Shown: positions 18,062 through 28,582, counted from the stretch's first letter. The stretch is DNA of 64,000 nt from an uncultured Hyphomicrobiales bacterium (GCA_964388115.1 CAYLYK010000002.1:133362-197361); one strand, 5' to 3'. Numbers and translations are program-made. The notes: generated by a model not told the origin, from the sequence alone.

Positions 18062-18403
18062 CTATTCCTCGTCGTCCTCGTCCAGATATTCCGGACCTTC
18101 GGACGGGGTCGGCTTGCCTTCGCCGCGATGGTTGAGCCGATCGCGCAAGTCCTTGCCGGTCTTGAAATAAGGCACGTATTTGGCCGCCACCGCGACTGTG
18201 GTGCCGGTGCGCGGATTGCGGCCGACGCGCGCGTCGCGCTTCTTGACCGAAAACGCCCCGAAGCCGCGCAACTCAACCCGATCGCCATGCGACAGCGCAT
18301 TGGCGATCTCGTCGAAAATCGTCTGCACGATACGTTCGACGTCGCGCTGGTAGAGATGAGGGTTCATCTCGGCCAGCTTGAGAATGAGTTCGGACTTGGT
18401 CAT
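18062..18403 (-). CDS. ihfB: Integration host factor beta subunit
   Basis: [33 protein letters not shown]; acidic C-terminal tail. Confidence 0.95.
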   Translation of the reverse strand: MTKSELILKLAEMNPHLYQRDVERIVQTIFDEIANALSHGDRVELRGFGAFSVKKRDARVGRNPRTGTTVAVAAKYVPYFKTGKDLRDRLNHRGEGKPTPSEGPEYLDEDDEE

Positions 18404-18585
18404 GGCCCCAGGACCCGCTGTGGTTTGCGCCAGCGACGGCCAAGCGCAATTGCCAAAGCGTGCCAAAGGCTTAGCCGCGCGTCAAGGGTAAGTGCCTTGA
18501 ATCTTTTGGGTTTTTCGGGCGAGCGCAAGATAGGTACCATATATAGAGAGGTCCCACCGCGTACCAAACAAGCCCATGTATGACG

Positions 18586-18622
18586 AAAAACGGCCCCGAA
18601 TCGCTTCGGGGCCGTCTCTTTT
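18586..18622 (-). terminator. Intrinsic terminator of rpsA
   Basis: acggccccgaa-tcgc-ttcggggccgt stem followed by T5 on the minus strand. Confidence 0.85.
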
Positions 18623-18643
18623 CGGTAACCAAGCGGCTGGCGC

Positions 18644-20359
18644 TTACTTCTTGTCCTGCTGTGCGCGGTTCATGGCCGCGCCCAGAATGTCGCCCAGCGA
18701 AGCGCCGGAGTCAGACGAGCCGAACTCGGCCATGGCCTGCTTCTCCTCGTCGATCTCGCGCGCCTTGACCGACAGCACGACGCGGCGCGTGGCCTTGTCG
18801 ATGTTGGTGATCTTGGCGTCGAGCTTGTCGCCCACCGCGTAGCGCTCGGGGCGCTGCTCGGAGCGATCGCGGGAAAGCTCGGACTTGCGGATGAAGCCCG
18901 GCAGCCCGTCGGCCAGGGTCACGTCGATGCCGTTCTCGTTGGTTGCAGCCACCGTGCAGGTCACGACGTCACCCTTCTTGATGGTGTCGTTGACGCGCTC
19001 GAACGGATCGTTGCTGAGCTGCTTGATGCCCAGCGAGATGCGCTCCTTCTCGATGTCGACGTCCAGCACCTTGACCTTGACGCTGTCGCCCTTGCGGAAC
19101 TTCTGGATGGCCGCTTCGCCCGGCTCGTCCCAGGACAGGTCGGACAGATGCACCATGCCGTCGATGTCGCCCGGCAGGCCGACGAACAGACCGAACTCGG
19201 TGATGTTCTTGATCTCGCCTTCCAGCTCCGACCCAGCGGTGTACTTGGCCGCGAAGCTGTCCCACGGGTTGTCCATGCACTGCTTCAGGCCGAGCGAGAT
19301 GCGCCGCTTGGTCATGTCGACGTCGAGCACCATCACTTCGACTTCCTGCGAGGTCGAAACGATCTTGCCCGGATGCACGTTCTTCTTGGTCCAGCTCATC
19401 TCGGAGACATGCACCAGACCTTCGACACCAGGCTCCAGCTCCACGAAGGCGCCGTAGTCGGTGATGTTGGTGACGCGGCCCTTGAGCTTGACGCCCACCG
19501 GGTACTTCGCTTCGGCACCTTCCCACGGATCGGACAGGAGCTGCTTCATGCCGAGCGAAATGCGCTGCGTCTCGGGATTGAAGCGGATGACCTGCACCTT
19601 GACGTGCTGGCCGATCGCCAGAGCCTCTGACGGGTGGTTGATGCGCTTCCAGGCAATGTCGGTGACGTGCAGCAGGCCGTCCACGCCGCCCAGATCGACG
19701 AAGGCGCCGTAATCGGTGATGTTCTTGACGACGCCTTCCAGCACCTGGCCTTCCGAAAGGTTCGCAACCAGCTCGGAACGCGCTTCGGCGCGGCTCTCTT
19801 CGAGCACGGCGCGACGGGAGACGACGATGTTGCCGCGGCGGCGATCCATCTTGAGGATCTGGAACGGCTGCGGGCTGCCCATCAGCGGGCCGACGTCGCG
19901 CACGGGGCGCACATCGACCTGGCTGCCCGGCAGGAACGCCACGGCGCCCGACAGGTCGACGGTGAAGCCGCCCTTGACGCGGCCGAAGATCACGCCGGTA
20001 ACGCGCTCGTTGCCGGTGAAGGCCTTCTCGAGCTGGGTCCAGGCTTCCTCGCGGCGCGCCTTCTCGCGCGACAGCATGGCTTCGCCATTGCGGTCTTCCA
20101 TGCGCTCGACGAACACTTCGACCGTGTCGCCGATATTGATGTTGGCGGGCTGCCCGCCATTGGAGAATTCGCGGAGCGGGATGCGGCCTTCGGACTTCAG
20201 GCCGACATCGACGACGACGAAATCATTGGCAAGGCCGACAACCCGGCCTTGAACCACCGCGCCTTCGAAGCCCTGGGACTGGCCCAAAGTCTCGTCGAGC
20301 ATCGCGGCAAAATCTTCCATCGGCGGAACGGAGTCCGCCTTCACAGCAGTACGAGCCAT
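18644..20359 (-). CDS. rpsA: 30S ribosomal protein S1
   Basis: Six S1 repeats (ITDYGAFVDLGG etc.); AAGGAG RBS before ATG 20359. Confidence 0.98.
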   Translation of the reverse strand: MARTAVKADSVPPMEDFAAMLDETLGQSQGFEGAVVQGRVVGLANDFVVVDVGLKSEGRIPLREFSNGGQPANINIGDTVEVFVERMEDRNGEAMLSREKARREEAWTQLEKAFTGNERVTGVIFGRVKGGFTVDLSGAVAFLPGSQVDVRPVRDVGPLMGSPQPFQILKMDRRRGNIVVSRRAVLEESRAEARSELVANLSEGQVLEGVVKNITDYGAFVDLGGVDGLLHVTDIAWKRINHPSEALAIGQHVKVQVIRFNPETQRISLGMKQLLSDPWEGAEAKYPVGVKLKGRVTNITDYGAFVELEPGVEGLVHVSEMSWTKKNVHPGKIVSTSQEVEVMVLDVDMTKRRISLGLKQCMDNPWDSFAAKYTAGSELEGEIKNITEFGLFVGLPGDIDGMVHLSDLSWDEPGEAAIQKFRKGDSVKVKVLDVDIEKERISLGIKQLSNDPFERVNDTIKKGDVVTCTVAATNENGIDVTLADGLPGFIRKSELSRDRSEQRPERYAVGDKLDAKITNIDKATRRVVLSVKAREIDEEKQAMAEFGSSDSGASLGDILGAAMNRAQQDKK

Positions 20360-20519
20360 TTTTTCTCCTTCAACGATCCCACGAGCACCACGCCCGTCCG
20401 GCCAGCCGGTTGTCCCGGTGGATCCTGCGCCGTATTCCCTGACATCGGACGATTGGGATTTGTCCGCTGCAGCCATCCCTTACGAAGGTAATCGACTTCG
20501 CCCGACGGGGCCGATGGCT

Positions 20520-21167
20520 TCAGGAGCCCCGTCCGGCACGCTTCGCTGCGATATGCGCAACGACGCGATCGAAAACCTCGTCGGCGCCAAGCGCCGTGGT
20601 GTCCAATTGGAAAGCGTCGGCCGCCGGCACCAGAGGTGCTGCGGATCGAGCGCTGTCGCGGGCGTCGCGTTCGCGCATATCGGCAAGAACGCGCGCCTTT
20701 ATAGTGTCCACCCCCGCTGCCTGCAACTCCTGGAATCGCCGCTCGGCGCGGGCCTCGGCGCTGGCGGTCAGGAATATTTTCACATCGGCATCGGGGCAAA
20801 TGACCGTGCCGATGTCGCGGCCGTCCAGCACAGCCCCCTTGGCATTGTTGGGGGGATTCTTGGCGAACTTCCTTTGAAATTCAACAAGTTGGAGGCGAAC
20901 CTCGGGAATGGCGGCGACTTTCGAGGCCATGGCGCCGACCGCTTCCTCCCGCAATCCGGGCTGATTCAGATCGTCGGGCTTCAGCCCGTGGGCGGCGGCA
21001 ATGGCACGATCACGTTCGCTGCCGTCCTGCGAGCCAGCCAGAACCCGGGCGGCGACCGCGCGATAGATCAGCCCGGTATCGAGCAGCGCCAACCCGAAAT
21101 GCCCCGCCAGCCGTCGGGCGAGCGTGCCCTTGCCGGCTGCCGAAGGACCGTCCAGCGCGATAATCAT
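20520..21167 (-). CDS. cmk: Cytidylate kinase
   Basis: IALDGPSAAGKGT, LDTG..YRA, DGRDIGTVICPDA, RDARDS. Confidence 0.96.
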   Translation of the reverse strand: MIIALDGPSAAGKGTLARRLAGHFGLALLDTGLIYRAVAARVLAGSQDGSERDRAIAAAHGLKPDDLNQPGLREEAVGAMASKVAAIPEVRLQLVEFQRKFAKNPPNNAKGAVLDGRDIGTVICPDADVKIFLTASAEARAERRFQELQAAGVDTIKARVLADMRERDARDSARSAAPLVPAADAFQLDTTALGADEVFDRVVAHIAAKRAGRGS

Positions 21168-21177
21168 GCGCCGGCCA

Positions 21178-22509
21178 TCACGACCTGGCAGGCGCAATTC
21201 TCGCGCCCAATCCGTTCATCAGCGCAACGAATCCCGGGAAGCTGGTATCGACCATCTCGATATCGTCGACCGTCACGGCCTGGCGCGTCGCCATTCCCAG
21301 CACCAGGAACGACATGGCGATGCGGTGATCGAGATGCGTTTGCACCGTGCCGCCGCCTTCGACCTTACCGCCAGCGCCATGCACCGTGAGGCTGTCGGCG
21401 CCGACCTCGACCTTCACGCCGTTGGCGGCAAGACCAGCCGCGATCGCCGAAAGACGGTCGCTCTCTTTCACTTTCAACTCCGCAAGGCCGCGCATCACAG
21501 TGGTGCCTTCGGCGCATGCGGCGGCGACGGCCAGGATCGGATATTCGTCGATCATGCTTGGCGCGCGCTCGGCCGGCACGTCGACGCCTTTCAAGCGCGC
21601 GCCACCCTTGACCAGAAGATCGGCGACTTTCTCGCCACCGACGGATCGCTGATTGCGCCACTCGATGGCGGCACCCATTTCGCGCAACGTCGTATAAAGC
21701 CCGGTGCGCAAGGGATTGACGCCGACATGCTCCACCGTCAACTCCGCATCGCCTGCGATACAGGCGGCAACGACGGGAAACGCCGCCGATGACGGATCGC
21801 CCGGCACTTCGATGTCGCGCGCGAGCAGGTCGGGCTGGCCGACGATGGTTATCGCCAGGCCCTCATCGGTCTGCTCCTGGCGCAAGGTGGCGCCGAAATG
21901 CGCCAGCATGATTTCCGAATGATCGCGCGTGGCTTCACGCTCGACCAAAGTCGTCTCGCCCATGGTGTTGAGCCCGGCCAGCAGCACCGCCGATTTCACC
22001 TGCGCCGACGGCACTGGGGTGACATAGCGGATCGGTACCGGACTGGCGGTGCCGATCACCGCCATCGGCAGACGCAATCCATCGCGCGTCAGGAACTGCG
22101 CGCCGAACTGGGTCAACGGCTCGGTGACGCGGCGCATCGGCCGGCGGCGTAGGGAAGCATCGCCGGTCACGAAAGACACGAAGCCGGAAGTCGCCAGCAG
22201 GCCCGACAGCAGCCGCGCCGAGGTGCCCGAATTGCCCAGGTCGATAATGTCTGCCGGCTCGCCGAACCCGCCGACGCCGACGCCGCTGACCCGCCAAATG
22301 CCATTGCCGTCGCGCGTTACCGTGGCGCCCAGCAGTCGCATGGCGGCGGCGGTGCGCAGCACGTCCTCGCCCTCGAGCAGGCCGCTGACGCGGGTTTCGC
22401 CGACCGCCAGCGCCCCCAGCATCAGGGCACGGTGCGATATCGACTTGTCGCCGGGCGGTCGCAGCCGACCCTCGAGCCGGGCCGCCTTGCTGGAATGAAA
22501 GGGTTTCAG
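21178..22509 (-). CDS. aroA: EPSP synthase (class II); start codon uncertain
   Basis: [32 protein letters not shown]; only CTG (22509), ATT or a distant TTG (22578) lie upstream in frame. Confidence 0.95.
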   Translation of the reverse strand: MKPFHSSKAARLEGRLRPPGDKSISHRALMLGALAVGETRVSGLLEGEDVLRTAAAMRLLGATVTRDGNGIWRVSGVGVGGFGEPADIIDLGNSGTSARLLSGLLATSGFVSFVTGDASLRRRPMRRVTEPLTQFGAQFLTRDGLRLPMAVIGTASPVPIRYVTPVPSAQVKSAVLLAGLNTMGETTLVEREATRDHSEIMLAHFGATLRQEQTDEGLAITIVGQPDLLARDIEVPGDPSSAAFPVVAACIAGDAELTVEHVGVNPLRTGLYTTLREMGAAIEWRNQRSVGGEKVADLLVKGGARLKGVDVPAERAPSMIDEYPILAVAAACAEGTTVMRGLAELKVKESDRLSAIAAGLAANGVKVEVGADSLTVHGAGGKVEGGGTVQTHLDHRIAMSFLVLGMATRQAVTVDDIEMVDTSFPGFVALMNGLGARIAPARS

Positions 22510-22648
22510 CGTCGTTCCCCGATTAATGAATGCGCGCCCCGGGGGGCGGCTGGCGGGTTGTCTAGCATAGAGCGGCAAGGCTCAACCAGCCGCCGTCAAC
22601 CGGGCCCAAACCCGCTGCGCCGACCGCCGCGGGGCTTAAAATTTGCTT

Positions 22649-22677
22649 TTGACAGGGGGGTGCAAGCGTCGTACACG
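22649..22677 (+). promoter_or_regulatory. Putative sigma70 promoter
   Basis: TTGACA-N17-TACACG. Confidence 0.65.
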
Positions 22678-22712
22678 GGCCCCCGCTTTACCGATATTTC
22701 AGGAGGCTCGAC

Positions 22713-23054
22713 GTGTCGAAGCCGGAATGGGGCGTCAAACGCACCTGTCAGAGCTGTGCCGCGCGTTTCTACGATCTCAAGCGCGCACCCATCGTATGCC
22801 CGAAATGCGGGCACAAGCACGATGCCGAGGACTTCATCAAGACCCGGCGCAGCCGTAATGCCGCCAAGACGCCGGCGCCTGCCAAGAAGGTGATCGAGAA
22901 GGTCGTGCCCGTGGAGTTGGAGGACGCGATCGAGGGCGTTCCGCCCGATGACGACGCCGATGATGATGTCATCGAGGATACGGCCGATCTGGGCGAGGAT
23001 GCCGACGACATCCCCGACGTGATCGAAACCGATACCGACGAAACGCCGACTTAA
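22713..23054 (+). CDS. TIGR02300 / FYDLN acidic protein
   Basis: WGVKRTCQSCAARFYDLK...CPKC zinc ribbon, acidic tail; GGAGG then GTG start. Confidence 0.9.
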   Translation: MSKPEWGVKRTCQSCAARFYDLKRAPIVCPKCGHKHDAEDFIKTRRSRNAAKTPAPAKKVIEKVVPVELEDAIEGVPPDDDADDDVIEDTADLGEDADDIPDVIETDTDETPT

Positions 23055-23144
23055 GGGCCGACACGAAACCCCTTGCGCTGGCTGGGGGCTGCCCTTAATT
23101 TCCGCGCGTTCCGGCCGAAACCGGCCGGAACCCCAGATTCAGAC

Positions 23145-23220
<76 letters not shown>

Positions 23221-23221
23221 A

Positions 23222-23260
23222 AAGAAAAGCCCGGTCGCGCAAGCGCCGGGCTTTTTCTTT
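23222..23260 (+). terminator. Intrinsic terminator after tRNA-Ala
   Basis: aaaagcccgg...ccgggctttt stem with T tail. Confidence 0.85.
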
Positions 23261-23335
23261 GCCGCCCTCGCTTGATCCGCATCAATTTGCCCCCCGCCTT
23301 CCCCTGCTAGCTTGCGTCATCCTTGGAGCGCGGAC

Positions 23336-24709
23336 ATGGACGGGCTGAGCGATGGCGACATGCAGGCGGTGATCGCCAAATATGCGGGGCGAGCAACGCC
23401 GCGCTACACCAGCTATCCCACCGCGCCGCATTTCCAGCCGGGATTCGCCGAAGCGCAATATCGGCAATGGCTAGGCGCGATCGATCCGCAGCAGCCGATT
23501 TCCGTCTATGTGCATGTGCCGTTCTGCAACCGCATGTGCTGGTATTGCGGCTGCAACATGAAGCTCGCCGCCCGCTATGCGCCGGTTGCCGACTACGTTT
23601 CGACCTTGCTCGCTGAAATCGACCTTGTTGCTGCTGCACTTCCGGCGCCGATGAAAGTCGCGCATCTGCACTGGGGCGGCGGCACGCCGACCAGCCTGAC
23701 GCCGGACGATTTCTCGCGCGTGATGGCGCATTTGCGCGCCCGCTTCGCCCTCAAGGCTGACGCCGAGATCGCCATCGAAACCGACCCGCGCACGCTCTCT
23801 GCCGACATGATCGCGCGGCTGGGCGCCGAAGGCGTCGCGCGAGCGAGCTTCGGCGTGCAGGAATTCGATCCGCAGGTGCAGCAGGCGATCAATCGCATCC
23901 AGCCGCCCGAGATGGTGGCGCGCGCCGTCGAAGGCTTGCGCGCGGCGGGCATCGCCAACATCAACTTCGATCTGATCTACGGCCTGCCGCACCAGACGGT
24001 CGAAACCTTGACGCGCACCATCGAGCTGGGCGCGGCCATGCGGCCCGATCGCGTGGCGCTGTTCGGCTATGCCCATGTGCCGTGGATGGCGAAGAACCAG
24101 CGCATGATCGACGAGCGAGCTTTGCCCGATGCCGCGGCTCGCCCCGCACAGGCCATGGCCGCCGAACAGGCGTTGCAGGCGGCAGGCTACACGAGCATAG
24201 GCATCGACCATTATGCCCTGCCCGGCGATGCGCTGGCGGTTGCCGCACGCAACGGCACGCTGCACCGCAACTTCCAGGGTTACACTACGGACACGGCCGA
24301 AACCCTGATCGGATTGGGCGCCACCGCCATCGGCCGCACGCCCTCGGGCTATGTGCAGAACGTTGCTGAGACTGGCGCCTGGGCGCGCGCTGTGCAGGCG
24401 GGCGTGCTGCCCATTGCCAAGGGTTGCGCCATCTCGGACGAGGATCGGCTGCGCGGCCACGTCATCGAACGCATCATGTGCGATGGCGCGGTCGACTGCG
24501 CGGCAGCGGCGCGGCGCTTCGGTGCGCCGGCGGATTGGAGCAAGGATGCGCTAGCCGAGCTTGCGCCGCTGGAGAAGGATGGGGTGCTGATCCGCGCCGG
24601 CGCGGCAATCAGACTTGATCCGCGCGCCCGACCGTTGGCGCGGGTGGTGGCTGCGGCCTTCGATGCGCATCTGCGGGCCGGCAAGGGACGCCACGCCGCC
24701 ACCGTGTAG
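23336..24709 (+). CDS. hemN: Oxygen-independent coproporphyrinogen III oxidase
   Basis: PRYTSYPTAP, CNRMCWYCGC radical-SAM motif, HWGGGTP, HRNFQGYT. Confidence 0.96.
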   Translation: MDGLSDGDMQAVIAKYAGRATPRYTSYPTAPHFQPGFAEAQYRQWLGAIDPQQPISVYVHVPFCNRMCWYCGCNMKLAARYAPVADYVSTLLAEIDLVAAALPAPMKVAHLHWGGGTPTSLTPDDFSRVMAHLRARFALKADAEIAIETDPRTLSADMIARLGAEGVARASFGVQEFDPQVQQAINRIQPPEMVARAVEGLRAAGIANINFDLIYGLPHQTVETLTRTIELGAAMRPDRVALFGYAHVPWMAKNQRMIDERALPDAAARPAQAMAAEQALQAAGYTSIGIDHYALPGDALAVAARNGTLHRNFQGYTTDTAETLIGLGATAIGRTPSGYVQNVAETGAWARAVQAGVLPIAKGCAISDEDRLRGHVIERIMCDGAVDCAAAARRFGAPADWSKDALAELAPLEKDGVLIRAGAAIRLDPRARPLARVVAAAFDAHLRAGKGRHAATV

Positions 24710-24712
24710 GCG

Positions 24713-25243
24713 TCAGCTGCGTTTGGGCTTTTTTCCAAGCAGCTTTACAGTGACGCCCGTAGAGTGGACCTCTATCCAAAGGGAGGCAACGAACCTGGGA
24801 TCATCGCTGATGCCATTCTCACTGACATGAAGCGCACCCGATTCGGAAAAAATTGTCATCGCAGCTTCATTTGACCCAACCCAGGGCGGGCGGCGATAGC
24901 GATGACCAAAACATGCCTCGGTTTGGGCCAGCATGCGGTCGAACATCGCTTTGCCATTGGCGTTGGACACTTCATATTCGCATTTATAGCTCGCGCTGGT
25001 GGGATAACCGCCTTCGGTTGAACTGGGCGAGGCATGGCAATATCCGGCGCCTGGCAACGATAGATTCACTCTGTAGTGTTGTCCGTATTTGGGCGGAAGT
25101 ACGAACAATGGCGAGAAATCCTGTGGCGCCGTCGCGATCACCTTCTTCAAGGACGCGCAGTAATCCTGTGCGACGGCGGGTGCAATGCTCCCGCCGGCTA
25201 GAAGTGCCACTGTCGCAGCTGCGAATTTCAATCCATCTTTCAT
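24713..25243 (-). CDS. Secreted hypothetical protein, four Cys, AT-richer than flanks
   Basis: GGAGG RBS, signal peptide ending AVA, no recognised domain. Confidence 0.65.
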   Translation of the reverse strand: MKDGLKFAAATVALLAGGSIAPAVAQDYCASLKKVIATAPQDFSPLFVLPPKYGQHYRVNLSLPGAGYCHASPSSTEGGYPTSASYKCEYEVSNANGKAMFDRMLAQTEACFGHRYRRPPWVGSNEAAMTIFSESGALHVSENGISDDPRFVASLWIEVHSTGVTVKLLGKKPKRS

Positions 25244-25266
25244 TGCCACCTCCCGTTTTGAATCAA

Positions 25267-25971
25267 TCACTGCTTTAGCGGTACAGTTGGCGCTGCCAAG
25301 ATGCCTGCCATTTCCCCATAGCCCCTATTCTGCGCATGCTGAAGGGCGGTGACGCCGCCGCGATCGCCGATCTCGGTTTTCGCTCCGGCGGCCAGCAGCA
25401 GGCGCACGATCTCGACATGGCGCGCTCCGCCATCGCCCAGGATCACGGCCTCGAGCAGCGCGGTCCAGCCGAGATTGTTGACATGGTCGAGCGGCGCGCC
25501 GGCTTCGATCAACACCCGCACCGGCTCGACATGTCCAAGATGCGCAGCGGCGATCAGCGCCGTGCCCTGATAGGGGCTGGTGATATTGCGCGGATTGTTC
25601 CCGCCTTCGATGGCGAGCCGGACCATGCGCGCATCGTCGCGCACCGCGGCGATGGTAATGAGATCGTATTGCTGGCTGTCGAGCGCGTTGGCGTCGGCGC
25701 CTTTCGCCAGAAGAAGCCGCGCCACCTCGTGATGCCCGCCATGTCCCGCGACATGCAGCGGCGTGCGTCCGTGCCCATCGCGCGCGTTGAGATCGGCGCC
25801 CGAGGCTGCCAGCCGCGTCGCTGCCGCAAGATCGCCCGCAGCCGCAGCGGCATGCAGGCCGCGATAGGCCGCGATCTCAGAGGCGCTGGGCGGCACCTGA
25901 GCTTCCGCAGTCAGCGGAACGCAGAGCAACGCGAACATAGCTAGAATCGACGGCAATCTCAGGCTGGCCAT
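25267..25971 (-). CDS. Secreted ankyrin-repeat protein
   Basis: Signal peptide ending AEA; G.TPLH.A, GTALIAAA, GWTALLEA repeats. Confidence 0.88.
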   Translation of the reverse strand: MASLRLPSILAMFALLCVPLTAEAQVPPSASEIAAYRGLHAAAAAGDLAAATRLAASGADLNARDGHGRTPLHVAGHGGHHEVARLLLAKGADANALDSQQYDLITIAAVRDDARMVRLAIEGGNNPRNITSPYQGTALIAAAHLGHVEPVRVLIEAGAPLDHVNNLGWTALLEAVILGDGGARHVEIVRLLLAAGAKTEIGDRGGVTALQHAQNRGYGEMAGILAAPTVPLKQ

Positions 25972-26042
25972 TGACGAACCTCCCGACAGGATCATGCTAG
26001 AAGGCACTGCTTGCCTTGAGCAGCCATGATTATACTGAGCCA

Positions 26043-26603
26043 ATGACCATTGCCTATGTCATGGGTCCGTCCGGCGCCGGCAAGGATACGTTGCTGGCTC
26101 TGGCTCGGCACGCGCTGGAAGGCAGCACGATCCTGTTCGCACACCGCTTCATTACCCGTGAAGCTGCGGCGGGACACGAGAACTTCATCGCGCTGTCGGA
26201 TACGGAATTCGCCGCTCGCCTCCGGCTGAACCTGTTCGCCTTGGCCTGGGATGCGCACGGTCTGCGCTATGGCGTCAGCCGCGAGATCGAGCTGTGGCAA
26301 GCAGCAGGCTGCAAAGTGGTCGTCAGTGGCAGCCGGGCGCATTTCCTCAAGAACTTGACCCAGCGCCAGGACGTCACGCCGATTCTTGTCACCGCACCGG
26401 CCGAGATACTGGCCGAGCGCCTGCGTCGCCGCGGCCGCGAAGATGCGGCTGCCATCAATGAGCGCCTGGCACGGGCGAAGGCCTTTACCGTCGACCATCC
26501 GCGTTTAGCTCGGATCGTCAACGACGGGGCGCCGGAAAAAGGGGCGACGCAACTGGTCGAAGCCCTGCGTGCGGCAAACACAGAGCGAGGAGAATCGGCA
26601 TGA
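26043..26603 (+). CDS. phnN: Ribose 1,5-bisphosphokinase PhnN family
   Basis: VMGPSGAGKDT, HRFITR, WDAHGLRYG, VVSGSRAH, RGRED. Confidence 0.85.
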   Translation: MTIAYVMGPSGAGKDTLLALARHALEGSTILFAHRFITREAAAGHENFIALSDTEFAARLRLNLFALAWDAHGLRYGVSREIELWQAAGCKVVVSGSRAHFLKNLTQRQDVTPILVTAPAEILAERLRRRGREDAAAINERLARAKAFTVDHPRLARIVNDGAPEKGATQLVEALRAANTERGESA

Positions 26604-27769
26604 GCGGCGCAGCCGAGCGCGGGGCGGGCGAGCAATGGAAGCCGATCTATGAAGATGCCCGCGCGCGAATGGTTTCACGCCTGCGTCAGACCATTTCAGA
26701 ACCGCTCACTGGCTGGCCCGATCACGCCGATCCCAAGACTGGAAAATGGATTACCAAGGCCGATGGCGACTGTACTGGCGGCTTTTTTGCCGGCTGGCTG
26801 TGGCTGGCTGGGCGCCAGCATCCCGACCTGCTGCCCGCCGCGCGGCACTGGGGCTATGGGCTGAAGCGCCGCCTGCGGTCGAAAACCCATTATCGCGGCA
26901 TGCTGTTCTATCCGGGCGTGCTGCTGGGTCGGCTGCTGCACGGCGAAGAGGAAGGACGCCGGCTCACCATCGATGTCGCTCGCGCGCTGGCGGACGATTT
27001 CAACAAGGCGGCCGGCGTGATCGGGCTGGGCGAAGAGGGCGAGGAAACCTCCAACCTCGGGCCGGGCGAAACCACGGTCGACGCTATCGGCATGATCGTG
27101 GCCTGCCTGACTTACGCGGCGAATGAAACCGGCGACGAGCACCTGCGCGAAATGGCGAGAAGCCATGCGCTGAAGCACATCGACTGGTGCGTCCGCGAAG
27201 ATGGGTCCGTGTGCCAGTCGGCTTCTTTCGATGTCGACACCGGCGCCTTGACGCGGCGCTACACGCATAAGGGCTATTCGCCGGAAAGCACCTGGGGCCG
27301 CGCCCAGGCCTGGTCGATGCTGGGCTATGCGATCTCTGCCCTGTGGCAGCCCGAAGAGCCGCTGTTCCTGAAGACAGCGCAGCGCATTGCCGATTGGTGG
27401 ATCGCCAACGTGCCGGAGAACGGCATTTCGTACTGGGATTTCGGCGATCCGCGCATTCCCAACACCTGGCGCGATACGTCGGCGCCGGCGATGGTATCGG
27501 CCGCGCTGCTCAAGATCGCCGGCCTGACCGAGGACAAGGCGCTTAGCGCGAAATATCGCAATGCCGCGGAGCATGGCGTGCGCACCATGGTAAGCGAGTG
27601 GCTGACGCCGCTTGGCGCGGGCGAGAGCCGGCCGCAAGGCATGCTGATCGGCGCCTGCTATCACCCGACCATTGGCCACGCCGTCGACTGCGAAGCGGTG
27701 TGGCCCGACTATTATCTGTTCGAATCGCTTGAAGTGCTGACCGGGCGGCTGGGCGAAGCGCAGATTTGA
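26600..27769 (+). CDS. Glycoside hydrolase family 88-like (unsaturated glucuronyl hydrolase fold)
   Basis: TGGFFAGWLW, STWGRAQAW, YWDF, DTSA.A, DYYLFE motifs; no signal peptide. Confidence 0.75.
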   Translation: MSGAAERGAGEQWKPIYEDARARMVSRLRQTISEPLTGWPDHADPKTGKWITKADGDCTGGFFAGWLWLAGRQHPDLLPAARHWGYGLKRRLRSKTHYRGMLFYPGVLLGRLLHGEEEGRRLTIDVARALADDFNKAAGVIGLGEEGEETSNLGPGETTVDAIGMIVACLTYAANETGDEHLREMARSHALKHIDWCVREDGSVCQSASFDVDTGALTRRYTHKGYSPESTWGRAQAWSMLGYAISALWQPEEPLFLKTAQRIADWWIANVPENGISYWDFGDPRIPNTWRDTSAPAMVSAALLKIAGLTEDKALSAKYRNAAEHGVRTMVSEWLTPLGAGESRPQGMLIGACYHPTIGHAVDCEAVWPDYYLFESLEVLTGRLGEAQI

Positions 27770-27796
27770 AAAGCACCGCGCCTGCGGGGAGAAATC

Positions 27797-28579
27797 ATGG
27801 CTTACGAAACTCTTCTGTTCCACACCGACGGCCCGGTGGCGACCATCACCATCAACCGCCCGCAGGCGCTCAATGCGCTGAGCACGCAAGTCTTTGCCGA
27901 GATGGGCGCGCTGCTCGAACAGATCGCGCAGGACACGACGATTCGCGTCGTGGTGCTGAAAGGGGCGGGAGAGAAATCCTTTGTCGCCGGCGCTGACATA
28001 AGCGAGATGGCAGGCATGACCCGCCCCCAGGCCGAAGCGCGAAGCTGGAACGGCATGCGCCTCTACGACCGCATGCGCCGGCTGCCGCAGCCGATCATCG
28101 CCTCGATTCAGGGCTATGCGCTGGGCGGCGGCATGCTGATCGCGCTGGCTTGCGACGTTCGTATCGCCTCGACCAGGGCAAGCTTCGGGTATCCGGAAAT
28201 AAAGCTCGGCATATTCCCTGGTACCGGCGGCACGGTGCTGATCGACCGTCTACTAGGGGCCGCCGCAGCGCGGGCAATCTGCATTCTCGGCGAGCGTCTT
28301 TCGGCCGAACGCGCGTTCCAGCTGGGCATCGTCAACCAATTGGTCGAGCCGGACCAGCTTGGCACCGCGACCGCGGCGGCGGCGCAAACGATCGCCGGGT
28401 ACAGCCCGCTGGCGCTGCGCGAGCTGAAGCGCGCCCTGAACGCCTCGCTGGAGCTGGATTTTGCCAGCGCGCGCGAGGTTGAGATCGAGGCCTATGGCGC
28501 GGCCTTCGACAGCCAGGATCGACAGGAAGGCATGCGCGCCTTCCTCGAGAAGCGCGCGCCGAAATTCATTGGAAAATAG
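27797..28579 (+). CDS. Enoyl-CoA hydratase/crotonase family
   Basis: FVAGADI, GYALGGG, FGYPEIKLGIFPG.GG. Confidence 0.92.
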   Translation: MAYETLLFHTDGPVATITINRPQALNALSTQVFAEMGALLEQIAQDTTIRVVVLKGAGEKSFVAGADISEMAGMTRPQAEARSWNGMRLYDRMRRLPQPIIASIQGYALGGGMLIALACDVRIASTRASFGYPEIKLGIFPGTGGTVLIDRLLGAAAARAICILGERLSAERAFQLGIVNQLVEPDQLGTATAAAAQTIAGYSPLALRELKRALNASLELDFASAREVEIEAYGAAFDSQDRQEGMRAFLEKRAPKFIGK

Positions 28580-28582
28580 AAC

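Noticed and set aside
18062-18130. Acidic C-terminal extension of IHF-beta
   Set aside because: Variable tails are common in alphaproteobacterial IhfB; nothing distinctive.
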